Under the pieces are notes generated by a model that saw only the letters and a list, made by a program, of their open reading frames with translations, did not search any database and was not told the DNA's origin. A program made the position numbers and the translations under genes. This document shows positions 39,898 to 53,445 of a DNA stretch of 64,000 nt, in pieces (position 1 is the first letter of the stretch; the number at the start of each line of letters is the position of its first letter). This stretch comes from Octopus vulgaris (lineage: Eukaryota), in contig OX597825.1 in the NCBI GenBank assembly GCA_951406725.2, positions 30,070,001 to 30,134,000 of the forward strand, given 5' to 3'.

Positions 39898-40530
39898 ATA
39901 TATATATATGTATGTATATGTATATTAATAGGTAGATAAATAGTTAGGAGTAAATCTTCATATTCTTTTTATTCTTTTACTTGTAGGTATAAGAGCTTTT
40001 TGATCAGCTGTGTCAATAGTTTTAGTTATTTTTGGTTTTATGGATTTAATCTTCAGCTTTGACAATGTAAAAGCCAAAGGTTCAAATTTTAGTCCAGTAT
40101 TTAAAACTTTAATAATTGGGTGTGTCATCATTTTTGTAATGATAACTTTTAAGGGTTCATAAAATAATAGAAGTAGGTAGTATGTTTTAGCTGGTCAGCT
40201 TCTTTACTTGTTGTTGTTATTTAAGATATTTCCTGTTTGTATTTGGAAACTGAGGGTTACTAGTTAGGCATGTCATGGTGTTGTTAGTATAGGCATTTGT
40301 TTTACTTGTGCTTTGGTGTTCACAAGAAGATATGGGTAGGTGTAAAGGTTGTTGGTCAATATGTTGCTCTCTAGAGATTCATCGTTCTATTAGCAATTTA
40401 ATTAATATGTAGAAATTTTTACCTTTCAGTTAAATTTATTTTTATTCCCATTCTTATACATGAGTACAAACACACTTTTTAGAATTCCCTACCTTTGCAT
40501 ATAACAAAAGGCTTAAAATAATATATTTGT

Positions 40531-40773
40531 TGTGGGGAAATAGTAATAACGGTACTCCCCTCCCACGTGATGAGTAGTATGTGCTAGTTGCTATAAATAA
40601 GGTAACGTCGGTCAGTATAGGAGAGAGTACGAAGTAGACAGTTATAGATAGTTGCAGTCTTACTTGTCTTACTAACTATACTGTTATACCAGACAATAAG
40701 GATTACAGCAATATTATAAAATACCCACAGCTGAAACAGAATGGAAGTAATATTTATAAACAAATACCCCACA
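40531..40773 (+). mobile_element. Candidate solo LTR
   Basis: tgtgggg..ccccaca termini and an internal TATAAATA. No TSD found. Confidence 0.4.
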
Positions 40774-41599
40774 CACTTTGCCTTCATATATAACAAGATT
40801 AAAACCATATGAGTACATTGGCTAAGGCGTACATTTTATGTTTATAATGTTAGGCTGCATTTTGAAGGAAATTTGGATGCTATTTCTAGCATCTCAAGCA
40901 ACTACATTCTCAATCTTTTTTTTTTTTAATAAATATATTACCATGTGGTATGTAAGCATTACTAAGATGAATTCTACCAGTGAACGTTAAATGTTTTGAG
41001 CTGGGATTCAATCAGTGCTGGAGGCATGATAGAAACTATTGACTTTAATAGTTGTTAGAAACTTCCTTGGTTTTTGTCTCAGTTCTGGCAGTGATTGAAG
41101 AATTGGATACTGAGTCACCTGAGAATATTAGCTACCATAGATTAGCATCAAATGCAGAGATAAGAGATTAATTTTTCCTTTGCTTCATTGACAGCATGAA
41201 ACCAGACCTACATACCACTTTCAGAACATATCCCCTCAAAACATAAGCAAATCTTCGTTTTCTAAATAGGATGGTGAATGAGGTATCTAATATTAGTTAA
41301 TAATCATTACAACTTTATACCATTTTGGCAACTCTCTATATGATCCAGATCCAGTCTTCTATCAATGATGGATTCAATAATCAATGATAATTCATCTTAT
41401 TTCTGTAACTATCAATAGTTGATATTCTTCTGTTATTTTATAATTTACATTCATCTAAGCAGCATGCTATTCCTTGATCAAGTTTTGGATCTGATCTGTT
41501 TTAGTCTATGTACACCTGATCTTTCAAAAGATACTAGATTTCCTTGAGATTTGTTGTTTTTTAATTACTCTTTGGAATCTAGTACCAAAAGGGTTTAGA

Positions 41600-41820
41600 A
41601 TATTGGCATTAAATCTTAGCAGAAGGTCAGCAATTTTTTGGAAGGAGGAATGTCAATTACATTGACCCTAGTACTCAACTGGTGCTTATTTCATTGATAC
41701 TGAAAGGATGAATGGCAAAGTTGACCTCGGAAGAATTTGAATCCAGAACATAAAGATGGACAAAAATGCTGCCAAACACTTAGCCTGGCATGCTAACAAT
41801 TCTGCCAGCTTGCTGTCTTA
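41600..41820 (-). mobile_element. SINE family D
   Basis: Reverse complement of the family D core and head. Confidence 0.7.
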
Positions 41821-43158
41821 AAAGGAAAAAAAATTAGGCAGTAAAATAAAGCAATCACTAGCATAAAAGTTCAACACGTTCTGTGTTTTTGTTCCAATAA
41901 ACATGTAAAGCATTGGTAGCGATGTGGAAGTCGTTGAGTATGTCCTGTGGTATTTATTCCAGATTCTTACATTCTGAGTTCAAATTTTGTTGAGATCAAC
42001 TTTGTCTTTTGTCCTTCAGGAGTGAATAACTAAAGTACTTGTCAAGGGCAAGAGACAGGCTAGTAGAATCACTAGAATGTCAGACAAACTACCTTGTCTA
42101 TGGGATGCGTTGTTGTATTGTTCAGTTCCTTTGTACTCTGAATTCAAATCTTGCAATGGGATTTGAATTGCTTATGTAGTAAACTTAATCTATCATTTGG
42201 TTTCAGATAAGGGCCTAGTCCTTGAATGCCTTTAACAGAGTCTATTCTGGTGCAAGAATTTGAGCTAGAGCTGCAGTTTGAGGATACCCTCCTCCTTCCC
42301 AGTGAACATAGAGTGGCGTGGAATCTATAAGACCATGGATATTACCTTTCCCTCCTCACTAAGGGATAAACAAGAACTTTTAATGAGATACTCTTTATTC
42401 TAAACATCATACATAGCCAAACTGATGGGTAAAACTACAAACCTCAAACAGTTAAGAGATTCAATCATGTCTCTAGCACTTACTGAGTCCAAGATGAAAA
42501 TGACCAACTTTTAGTGGTACAGTTCACCTGAGAATTCCTTAGATATCAGAGAAATTTATTTTATCATGCAATGACAAAAAAATTTATCATATGTCTCTAG
42601 ATTTTAGAACAAATATACTGCATCTCTCTGTGTAAAAATAAAATTACTAAAAGGGTTGGTGACAGAAAAGTATCTAGGCATAAAAGATTGTATCAGAAAA
42701 AGAACTGTCCAATCCATGCCAGCATGGAAAAGTGGATGTAAATCTGTGATGATGTGTCAATGACAAGAAATGGCAGATAAGCGATTTTTTGGTTTGTAGT
42801 GTTCATACCATGTTCAAGAAGATTTATTTTATGTCTGCTTAGCACTGAAGAGGTTAGAGCTAATTGGCTTCATTGTTTTTCTGATTCAGAAAAAAAAATT
42901 AGGCCGTAAAATAAAGCAATCACTAGCATAAAAGTTTCTTCAACACGTTCTGTGTTTTTGTTCCAATATACAATAGTCTGTGACAATCTAGTTAATTAGA
43001 ATCTCTCATTATGTAACGGTCAGAAATTCTATTTGTGGCAGGCACCAACATTTATTGAAAATATGGATAGTGAATGTGACTATTTTGGTGCTGGATTTGA
43101 ACCTAGTGATAGGATAATAGCAATGGCTTTACAGGAAATAATAATCTTTCCTTCCCTA

Positions 43159-43198
<40 letters not shown>

Positions 43199-43389
43199 TT
43201 TCTTCTCTCTCTTTATAGCAAATGTAACAGGTATGATGTTATATTGTAGAAGAACATGAGAAGTATGAAAGATGTATGTAGATAATGTAAAGAGCAAACA
43301 GCAGGTGAGTCATGCAGAATTCGTTAAATGCATCACCTTAGTTTACATAAAGGACAAAGTCTAAATGAGTTGTGACAAAACAACTAATC

Positions 43390-43395
43390 ATCATC

Positions 43396-43427
<32 letters not shown>

Positions 43428-43752
43428 GGGTTGGACAATTTGGCTGAGGTCTGGTGAATCAGATGGCTGCACCAGACTCCAATCTGATCTGGCAGAGTTT
43501 CTATAGCTGGATGCCCTTCCTAACACCAACCACTTCGAGAGTGTAGTGGGTGCTTTTACGTGCGACCTGCACGAGGGCTAGTCAGGTGGTACTGGCAACG
43601 GCCATGCTCAAATGGTGCTTTTTTATGTGCAACCTGCACAGGATCCAGTCCAGCAGCACTGGCAACGGCCTCGCTCGAATGTTTTTCATGTGCCACCAGC
43701 ACAAGTGCTAGTAAGGTGATGCAGGTAACAATCACGCTCGAATGGTGTTTTT
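43390..43752 (-). mobile_element. RTE 3'-UTR/tail repeat (family E)
   Basis: Matches 13199-13640, including the UTR subrepeats. Confidence 0.8.
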
Positions 43753-45277
43753 AACTTGATGTCATTCGAGTGTGATCGTTACCTAAACATTACATATATT
43801 GGTGGATGATGGTCAGAGATTCTTTTTTATTGATATGGATATGTAATATGAATGGATAATGCATAGTATGTGTTTTATTATTAGTATCACAGAATCTGGG
43901 GGGTTTTTTTGTATTTCTTAAATCAGGTGAGAAAGCAGTGCTTGTGACTCTTTACGTGACCTCTGAGATTCATAGAAGAAACCTGAACAAAATGCTTACT
44001 GTATAAAAGATTCCAGTAAAGGTAGGAAATCTGCCAATCGGTGGTGTTAGATTAAATGATGGATCAAACCTACTTGAGTTACATCCTTTTTAATTCCCAC
44101 GTGGACTTTTCTTTAATCTGAATACAAATAATGTTTTTTAACACAGAATGCTAAGAAGACATAGAAAGCAAGTGATGTCAACTAAATCAACTTTCTACAG
44201 ACGATTAACACAGCATTAAAATGTCAGTCTTTGAGCTGCTGGCAGACATGAGGATAATAATCAAGAGATAACACTGGATTAAAATCTAGGAAAACATATC
44301 ACATTTTGGTGTTATATAAGCTTTACTAAACTCAAAGGTGTAAACAATATTGATGATGCTAATGAATATGATAAGAAAAACAATGATGATAATTATGAAG
44401 AGTAGATTGCTAAAATTCTTGAAATCTGGAATGTTTTCTCTTCAAGATTCTTGTAGTATCTGTATGCAATGCATGAATGCTACCACATTTCTAACATATA
44501 TTTATATATTCTTACACTGCCATCATGTTACACTTCTTGTAGTTAATTGCTCTTTTTGTTTTTCATTTTTCTTCCTTATTTATTTAGTACAAATTCTAGT
44601 TAATTGTTACGATCTATCTTACAGAATATTTATATAGTTTTTTTATTTCTAAATTTGGTCTCCAGGTAGAGGGTACTATGTGAAGAAAACAAAAAGAGGA
44701 AGAAAGAAAAAGAAAAAAGGAGACAAAATGAAAAGAGACAAAATTGTGAAAGAAGAAAAAAAGAAAATGAAATAAGAAAAAAGAAAGAAACAGAAAAAAG
44801 GATGCAAAAAAGGAGGAAAGTATAATGAAAACAGAGCAAAAGTGATAAAAATTTAATTTCCTGCTTCCAATGTAGACAAATTATAAAATTCAATGAACAG
44901 CTTGACCAAACTTCATACCAGGGTTGAGTAACCCTTTTCAAGAATTGTGCCACATGAGACATCACTCATCATCAGACATGTTCAATGCAACGTTTCTTTC
45001 GGTATGCCATTCAGAAAGTCTTGCAGGATGCAGGTTGACCATGAATACTTCAGTGTAAAATTGAAAATTGTTCAAGATTTAAATAAAGACCAGATTTACT
45101 ATTTGAATAAAATCCTGCTGAGATAAATAGAGTTGACTGTTGGTTTGCAAACACTAGGATGCAAGCTGAAACTTGCTCAGTCTTGGCTGAGACAACTGAG
45201 CAAGGGGATCTGATGATGAAAGGCCTAAAACTCCATGAAACCCTAGAAACATTTCTGGAGATGTATCTTGGAAATTC

Positions 45278-45615
45278 TGTAGTGTCTGGGGAGAGTCACT
45301 TTCTTTTTGTGCCTTATAATTTAACACACTCACTGGTAAAATTTCCACTTATTCCTTATTTTTATTTTCCTAAATTTTCGTTGGGTCTTGTAACCTTTTC
45401 AATAGTCTTGACTCTGTCCATTATTTACACTATGAAAGAAACGCAGTGTAAATAACAGACACTGTTATTTACCGTTGTCTGTTACCGGTGAGTGTGTTAA
45501 ATTATAAGGCACAAAAAGAAAATGACTCTCCCCAGACACAACAGAATATGCTTCAACACACGAACTCATAGAAAGAATCTTGCAAACCAAATCCCAAAAT
45601 GAAATATTTTGGAAA
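45278..45615. mobile_element. Foldback/MITE-like element with long inverted repeats
   Basis: gtgtctggggagagtca..cactggtaa is inverted at 45483-45540. A second copy lies at 50312-50545. Confidence 0.7.
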
Positions 45616-46434
45616 TATAAACTGAAATTGCTCAAAATTTAAATAAAAAGCAAAGGACTGAATTTATTAATTAAATATAATCCCAGCTAGATAAAAAGGA
45701 TAGAATGATGGTTTTGTTGCTATTGGAATGCAAGCTGGAACTTGATCAACTCTAGTTGGGTCGACTAGGTAATGGAGTCTGTTGCTGAAAGACCTAAAGT
45801 CCTCTGGAACCCCAAAAGCATCACTGATGATTCAACTCAGTGCATCCACAAGTTGTAACTTGGAACAATAAAACCAAAACCTATTAAAAAGTAAAAAAGA
45901 AAACTAAAGACCAGAATTATTATTGAAACAAAATCTTTCTTTAAATTACAATTAAAAATATTATAATTGAAGATTTTGTAATTACTTTTTTGTTTTCAAA
46001 TTTAAAATTTACTTATATTTACAAATTTTTATTTATTTCTCTAATGAAATTTAATTTTGCTAATATAAAAAAAATTATTATGAAATATTTTATTAATTAT
46101 AGAAAACTTTCTTCATTGTAGTTGTTTTTAATGATTATAGTTTCTGATTTTTATTAATTATTTTTGTTAGAACTCAACGTTTGAGTTAAAGTCAAACTTA
46201 TTGAACATAACCAGACAAGATTATAACCTTTAATCGAAAGAAATTATTTTAAAATTTTCTTTATAGATTTTCTGTCTCACTTTTGTCATTTTTTTTCTAT
46301 CACCCCTTTTATAAATTCTTTGAAATTAAATCTGAATATCAATTATATTTTTTACTGATATAACCTGTTTTTTAATTTTATCTTCTCTAAGATTTAATTT
46401 GCAGATTTTTTTTTTGTCCTTGTTTATTTTACAG

Positions 46435-46471
46435 AAGTTCGCACAGATGTGCAACTGGTCACAGTGTACAG
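46435..46471 (+). CDS. Candidate 37-nt host-gene exon (product unknown)
   Basis: Long polypyrimidine tract + tacAG acceptor. CAG|GTGAGT donor. All three frames are open. Preceded by TE-free AT-rich sequence. Confidence 0.55.
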
Positions 46472-46639
46472 GTGAGTTTCTTGCTATGTGACCCTGCAAT
46501 GCAATGTGATATACATATCACTATCATCATCATCATCATCATCGTCGTCGTCGTCATCGTTGTTATTATCATCGTTGTTGAAGTGATCATCATCTTCATC
46601 ATCGTTGTCATCATCGTTTTAACATCTACTTTCCAAGCT

Positions 46640-46850
46640 GTTGTTGTTGTTGTTAAGCGACAAGATGTGTAAGGGTGATTAGGTGATGGTCTAGGGTTTA
46701 GGGGCAGGAGACCCCAGACCTTGGAAAAAACAAAAAAAATTTTGGGGCCGTCTTGTAGTCGAGGGGTCTTCGTTGATGCCCGACACCACTGGGAGGTGGC
46801 CCTCGAAGTCGCTGGAAATGGAGATCTCCAGGTCCAAATTCTTGAATGAC
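46640..46850 (-). mobile_element. 5'-truncated non-LTR retroelement 3' end with (CAA)n tail
   Basis: 12-bp TSD actttccaagct at 46628-39 and 46851-62. GC-rich. (TTG)n at the left end. Nested in an RTE-tail repeat. Confidence 0.7.
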
Positions 46851-47082
46851 ACTTTCCAAGCTTGCATGAATTGGATGGAGCTATGGGATTTATTGAGGCA
46901 GATTGTTCTACAGCCAGATAACTTTCCTGTTGGCAACTTTTACCTCTTTCCAAGAAAGGTAAACAGTTCTCCATGGCCAGACATGCTTTTACAGAATAAG
47001 GCAAATAAATGATATTCATTTAGAACAATCACAGGATGTCAAGACAAGTAAACACAAGCACACAGAGTCTCACACACATATA

Positions 47083-47120
<38 letters not shown>

Positions 47121-47194
47121 TATATAAATGTGTATGCATGTGTGTGTTTGAACAGGGTATTTAGGCTAAATTTGACAGTTTGAATAAAAGAAAA

Positions 47195-48110
47195 AGATGG
47201 CTGTATAAAGATTTACTGCATCAAATTAAGTGATTATGTTATCCTCGTTAATCTTTTCTGGAAGATAACTTAATAGATCTAGGATGTCCCTTATGAAAAT
47301 TGGTATAAATTGTAAAAAAAAATGGTTTTTAACTGTTTGTCAAGGAAATTGCTGAGTCTATGAGTTTCAGGAACTGGGCCTGTCTCAGTTGGTCTTGATT
47401 TGAGATTTTTTCAGAATGGTTATGTTTTTGCAGACTGAGTGTGATTCTTTGCAGGCATCATTAATTGTTTGTCCGTAGAAGAAACTGATTGGGCTATAAG
47501 TATTGTTAGATAATCAATTTCTTTATTAGTTAAGCCTTTTCTGCGTTGGTTTATTGAGAATGTTAAGTTTAGACATTGTGATCGTTTGATGGTAGTTGTT
47601 TATCGTTTTATAGTGGGTGGTGTCATGAAGTAGTAATAATGCAGTGTTTTTTTGTATCATTCCATATTCATAATAACTACAGCAATTCCCTTATCAGCTT
47701 TTTTCATAACAATGTTACAATAGTTTTAGGTTGTATTTCGTTTTAGGTTTTATATCTATTCAGCTTGTGGTGGACATTGGTTTAGCAAGTGGAAGTTCAT
47801 TGTAAGGGAAGGTGGATATAAGCTCACATGATTTGTCATTTGTTTTGTTTCCCCTATTTTGGGGGTTGTAATTGCTTTCATTTTGCACAATGGATTGATC
47901 AGTGTTTTTTTGTTTTTTGTTTTTTTTTGTTTTTTTTTTGTTTTTTTTTGAAAGTTCTGTTAATCTACAAAAGTTTGAGATATCATCTCATGTTTCATTG
48001 ATGTTAGGATACTGTGATGTTGGGATAAATTTTTGACCTTTTGAAAGAATTTTTGGATTTGTTCTTTTGAGAGTTTTATGTTGGAAAGATTTATTATTTC
48101 AAATTTCCTT
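47195..48110 (-). pseudogene. Penelope-like element reverse transcriptase relic
   Basis: Minus-strand motifs in order, with frameshifts and stops: IINLSNIKLSKEQ..ILSKGQKFIPT, IVMKKADKGIAVVIMN, FFYGQ, RPTETGPVPETHRLSNFLDKQLKP, IRDILDLL, FDAVNLYTAI. These are the PLE N-terminal and RT motifs. Confidence 0.8.
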
Positions 48111-48688
48111 AACTTTATCTTGTACCACAAGTTGTCTTAAAATCTTTCTTCTGGGCTGAAAAAGTGGTCTGTGGCATTTGTTCTTTCGATGTGTTCCTAA
48201 GTCTGCTGTTATATACTCCATTTCTTTCCTGTTTTATGGAATAATTGTTATCCTTTGCATGTCTGGATAAAGGCTGGTCATGTTGAGGATAGTTTCTCCA
48301 TATACATGTTATATGCACACATACACACACATGCACACATACACGCAAACACATGCAAATATACTCACACACAAGCGCACACATACGTGCACACACAGAC
48401 ACGCACATTTATATGCATTGCCAGCATTGTTTTGCTGTGTCCTTTTTACATGATAGCAAGGTTAAGACAACACAGAAATGCAGTATGTTTTTCTAAATCC
48501 CAATCCAGTGTTATTCCTTCTTTGAATGCCAATGTTCTACTGTCCACCACCAATTCAATATTCATTTTAATGTAACAGACATCATCAAATAGAATATCAA
48601 TCAGTTGATATCACACAAGCACAGCTGTGCAATTAACAAGTTTGCTTCCCAACCACATTCTTTTTTCAGTCTCACTATATTGCACTTT

Positions 48689-48990
48689 GTGGAGGCAGAT
48701 GGCCTAGTGGTTAGAGCAGCAGACTCATGGTTGAGGGAACGCAGGTTCGAATCTCAGACCGGGCGATGAGTATGTTTATGAGTGAAACACTTAAACTTCA
48801 TGTGGCTCTGGCAGAAGGTAATGGCGAACTTCCACTGACTCTTTCACCACAAATTTCTCTCACTCTTTCCTCCTGCATCTTGCAGTTCACCTGTGATGGA
48901 CCGGTGTCCTGTCCAGGTTGGGAACCTGTATGCCAAGGAAACTAGGAAACTGGCCCTTATGAGCCAGGCATGGCTCAAGAAGGAACAAAC
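48689..48990 (+). mobile_element. SINE family B nested in an old family A copy
   Basis: Same head and tail as 33276. atattgcac repeated at 48677 and 48991. Confidence 0.85.
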
Positions 48991-50259
48991 ATATTGCACC
49001 TTGTGAAAATGTCGTCTACTATAATCCAAGGTGAGTATAGCCTTCTGCATAGATTTGGTGGCATTGAGAAAGCTGTAGCATATTGCACAAGCACTCAGCT
49101 TTGAGTTCACTGCATCTTAAAGCAGAAACTGCTGTAAGCTAATGGAGGTGATTGTGTTACTCCAGTTTTTTTGTTATCCATTAATTAATGATACACTATA
49201 AAAATGTATGTATGTATGTATGTATGCTTCATTTCTGTTCTTAATCATTTAAACTCCTCCTCTGAAGATGAAGCTGGTTTCTATCAAAGATACAAAGCTC
49301 CATCATTGAAATGTACATAATGAAAACAATGTCACATTTTAAACCTGAGAAAAGTCTTGCATAGTTTAGTTCTTCTGCTTATAGATTGTATCTGTAATGT
49401 GCAAATCTGTTGGTTCGTTTCTTTTTCTGAAAATCCAAGCATTACCAGGCTTACAGCTAGGAATTTGCTTACAAAATCAAGCATTCCAGTTAATATTGGT
49501 ATAAATGTAAATTTGTAAACTGAATATAGAAGCTGGAGGTTTTGAAGCAGTTGTCCATAATTATCTTCTTTCTCTTTCTATGTATATATGTATGCATGTA
49601 TGTATGTATGTGTGTATGTATGTATGTATGTATGTATGTATGTATGTATGCATGTATGTAATGTGTGTATGTGTGTGTGTGTGTGTGTGTATGTGACAAA
49701 TTACATCGTACTGTTACAGTTAACATGTAGTCCAGTGCAATCTGTTGCATGCTCAGGCCATTGGTGACTAAACTGGCCACCCTATCAAACCCACCTGGTA
49801 AGGAGGACGGTTTTCATTATTTACCCTGTACAACAAAAGACAAAACCTGTCAAGGAGCAGATGAACTCAATTGAGTCAAAGGTCAACCAACAGTCGAGAG
49901 TGAGAGACCCCTAGTCTTTGCTTAGACACCTCTCTAGGAGAAGAAAATCTGTGATGGAACACTTATGACTTTGCTTGCATCCAATGATATAGAGGAGTTC
50001 CTCTTGTTGTTTAGAGGAGAGGTCCTGTGCAAGGCTTTTCCTCTCTCCAAAAAGCTTCAAGTACAAGCATTCCTTGATTTTTAACATCTCTGTTAATATC
50101 TTTATTGTGCGTTTGCATATTTTGACTGGACATAGAAGAAACAAAATGCTCAAAGAAATAATTCTTCAATAGAATGAAGGCATATGTCAGCATGGGTTGA
50201 CAGCTTGCTCAACACCTGCAGCAAATGACACCCATCATTGCTTCATCTATGCAAAATAG

Positions 50260-51424
50260 GAGGTGGTATCAAAACGTTCCCAGTTATGTTCAATAGAAAA
50301 TAACTTATTTATCAAATATCTCGTTTTTGGATTTGTTTTGCAAGATTCTTTATATGAGTTTGTGTGTTGGAGCATATTCTATTGTGTATGGGGAGAGTCA
50401 TTTTCTGTTTGTGCCTTATAATGTAACACGCAAGATGCATCGAAAATTTTAGGAAAATAAAAATAAGAATTAAGGGGAAATTTTACTGGTGAGTGAGTTA
50501 CATTATAAGGCACAAAAAGAAAATTACTCTCCCCAGACACAACAAAATTATTGATCTAAGTTTTAGTGACATCTTTGAAAAAGTCACCTTGTGCAACAAT
50601 ACACCAGTCTCAGAATTTCTGCCACGTTTGGTACTTGGCCTAGAAGTCATTTTCCATAAGTGCATCAAGGAACTTCTGCGGTTCATTCTAGATCTCGACA
50701 AGTGTTAAATGGTGACCTTTGAGTTGCATTTTCACCTTAGGGAAGAGATGGAAGTCTACAGGTGCTAAATCTGGCAAACAGGGTCGGTGCAGAAGTGATA
50801 CCATGTTGTTTTAGCTGAGAAACTCATGAACGGGGAGAGCTTGGTGATAGGGTGCATTGTCTTTGTGAAGAATCCAATTCTTCATGCCCCACAGATCCAG
50901 TTCCTTTCTCTGAACGTCCTCCCTCGAACACTTCAAAACATCATTGATTGTTCTCCAACGATCCTCATGCGCTACCTGATGAATTTTGTCCATATTTCCA
51001 GGGGTGACACTCGTGGCAGGTCTTCCAAGGAGGTTCCTCTGCTTTTGTTCATCATCTTCCAGGGACATTCTTCCACTTTTGAAGTGCCTGTGACACTCAT
51101 AACATTGCTTATGACCCAATGCCTCATTGCCGTAAGTTTGCCAAAGCATGCTCAATATTTCTGTAGCAGACTTCCCAAGTTTAATGCAAAATTTCCTGTC
51201 AGCTCTTTGTTCTAACTTCCTGTCCATGACAAAAAATATCCCAGACTACAGCATACATGTGATCACAAAAACTCAAATTTCACAACTTGCTCAGTAAGCA
51301 CAGCGATGTCACTTGGTACACTGCTTCATGAAGTCCACTGGTATCTCTCATTGTGCACACAACTGTGTGCTGCCATCTGTTGGTGCACTACAGAACTAGT
51401 CCAGAAACTTTCTGATATCACCTC
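50260..51424 (-). mobile_element. Decayed mariner element with TIRs, interrupted by a foldback element
   Basis: ORF 50811-51227: EQRA..KFCIKLGKSATE..GRP..WILHKDNAPYH. Ends gaggtggtatcaaaacgttcc / gaaactttctgatatcacctc. Confidence 0.8.
50312..50545. mobile_element. Foldback/MITE-like element (same family as the 45.3 kb copy), nested in mariner
   Basis: ggggagagtcattttc..gtgccttataa / ttataaggcac..actctcccc inverted arms. Confidence 0.7.
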
Positions 51425-51921
51425 CTAGTGGTCCTGTGGAAGACTGGAAAGCCACGTCTATGCTACTCATGTTTAAGAGAATAACCAAGCAATGGCATTA
51501 CTCAAAATCAAGTTGCAACTGCCATGTATGTGTATATGTGTGGATAAAAGCTTAAACGTCATTCACAAAGAAGTATGACTTGGCAGATTATACGTCTTCA
51601 CTACATGTATTGTATTATGTGCTTGTATAGTAGAGGGGAGACTCAGTTACCCTTGACCTGGCAGTACATCAAGAAGGTGAGATCTAAAGGGGAAGAGAAG
51701 GAGAGTTGCTGACACATCAATTTCACCTTTCAGCTATCACATCCTTGATGTGACTGGAATCATGTGAAATGGTTAGCTTTGTTCAAGGACACAGTGCATA
51801 GCCTGCTCATGAATTAAACTCACAACCTCATAATGGTAAACCCCAAATTCTAATCACCTTCTGGAAATAGTAGCCAAATCTCTTTTAACTCACGCCCTGT
51901 TACATTTAAAACAAATTAGAA

Positions 51922-51960
<39 letters not shown>

Positions 51961-52869
51961 AAGGGAGATTGAATAATGTAGTTACATTATAAATACTCTT
52001 TAAAAAGCTGGGATGGTCATTCCTGGAATACTTTTGATCATTGATCTGCTTGGTCAGCTCTGAGTGGGGAAGGCTAAACATCCAGTCATCCAATCTACCG
52101 ATGAACCATCGTTAATAATAACCTGATGAATGATAGTCTTATAAGCCCCTTATTTATTTATTATTATCTTTTTTTCCCCACTGAAGACAAAAGCTTTCTG
52201 TGATATCTCCCCACCATCGCTACCAACCCTGTGACCCACTGTCCCACAGTTTAATGAATTACAACACATTGTTACACAGAATGTCATTGAAAGAAAACAA
52301 AAATATTGGTAAACTGGTATTTTATTTCCTGAAGATTTGACTGCCCACTTCTGTTTATTTTAAAGAAATATTTCAGTTATTGGAAATTTCCTGAAGACTT
52401 GACTGTCCACTTCTCTTTTATTTTCAAGAAATATTCCTGTTATTGGAAATTGGATTTCTCTTTTCTGAAATATTTTCCTCAATATTGATCACTGTCATCA
52501 TTTTCTCCTGGTCATAGTTGTTCAACTGTTCAATATCGATTCATTTCTGAGAACAAAAGAATCCCTGCCACTTATTCTTGTGTGATGCACGTGTGCATGA
52601 GTGAGTGTGTGTGTGTGTATGGTTTTGGTGGTGGGATGAGGTGTAAGCAGTGTACGTGGATAGAACTGGTTAAAGGATATGAATAGAGGGAAGCATGATG
52701 TGCAATTGGCTCACATACAATATGTTCCTTGGACCATATTTCAATACTCAAAGAGAAGAAGACTAAAAGTGGACTGCTGTTAGTTGCATTTGAACTCACA
52801 CTGTGCTGTGCAAGGAAAGGACTAAATAATGCAAGGTTGCTGTTATCGCTGTTGTTACTGATTGCTGCT

Positions 52870-52872
52870 GCA

Positions 52873-52903
<31 letters not shown>

Positions 52904-52972
52904 GTGATGATGATGGCGATGATGGTGATGATGATGATTGTTATGATGGTGGTGGTGGTGGTGGTGGTGATG

Positions 52973-53026
<54 letters not shown>

Positions 53027-53445
53027 GTGTTGATGATGATACTGCTGTTGTTGTTTTAACTCAGAATGTGTATTTAAGAAACTGATGATGTTGTTGTTTC
53101 TATTGTAATTGCTGATACAGTTATGCTGCTGCTGCTGCTGCTGTTAATAGTGCTGTTGCAGATGTTGTTGCTGCTGGCTTCTCCTTCTTCTTCTTCTTCT
53201 TCTTCTTCTTCTTCTTCTTCTTCTTCTTCTTCTTTTCTCCTCCTCCTCCTCCTTCTTCTTCTCCTTCTTCTTCTTCTTCTTATTCTTCGTCTCCTCCTTC
53301 TTCTTCATCTTCTTCTTCTCCTTCTTCTCCTTCCTCCTTCCTCTCCCTCCCCCCTCCTCTTCTTCTTCTTCTTCTTCTTCTCCTTCTTCTTCTTCTTCTT
53401 CTTCTTCTTCTTCTTCTTCTTCTTCTTCTTCTTCTTCTTCTTCTT
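52870..53445. repeat. (GAT)n and (CTT)n microsatellites
   Basis: Direct inspection. Confidence 0.95.

Noticed and set aside
52323-52450. ~63-bp tandem duplication (similarly 63041-63175)
   Set aside because: Ordinary local slippage duplication with no further structure.
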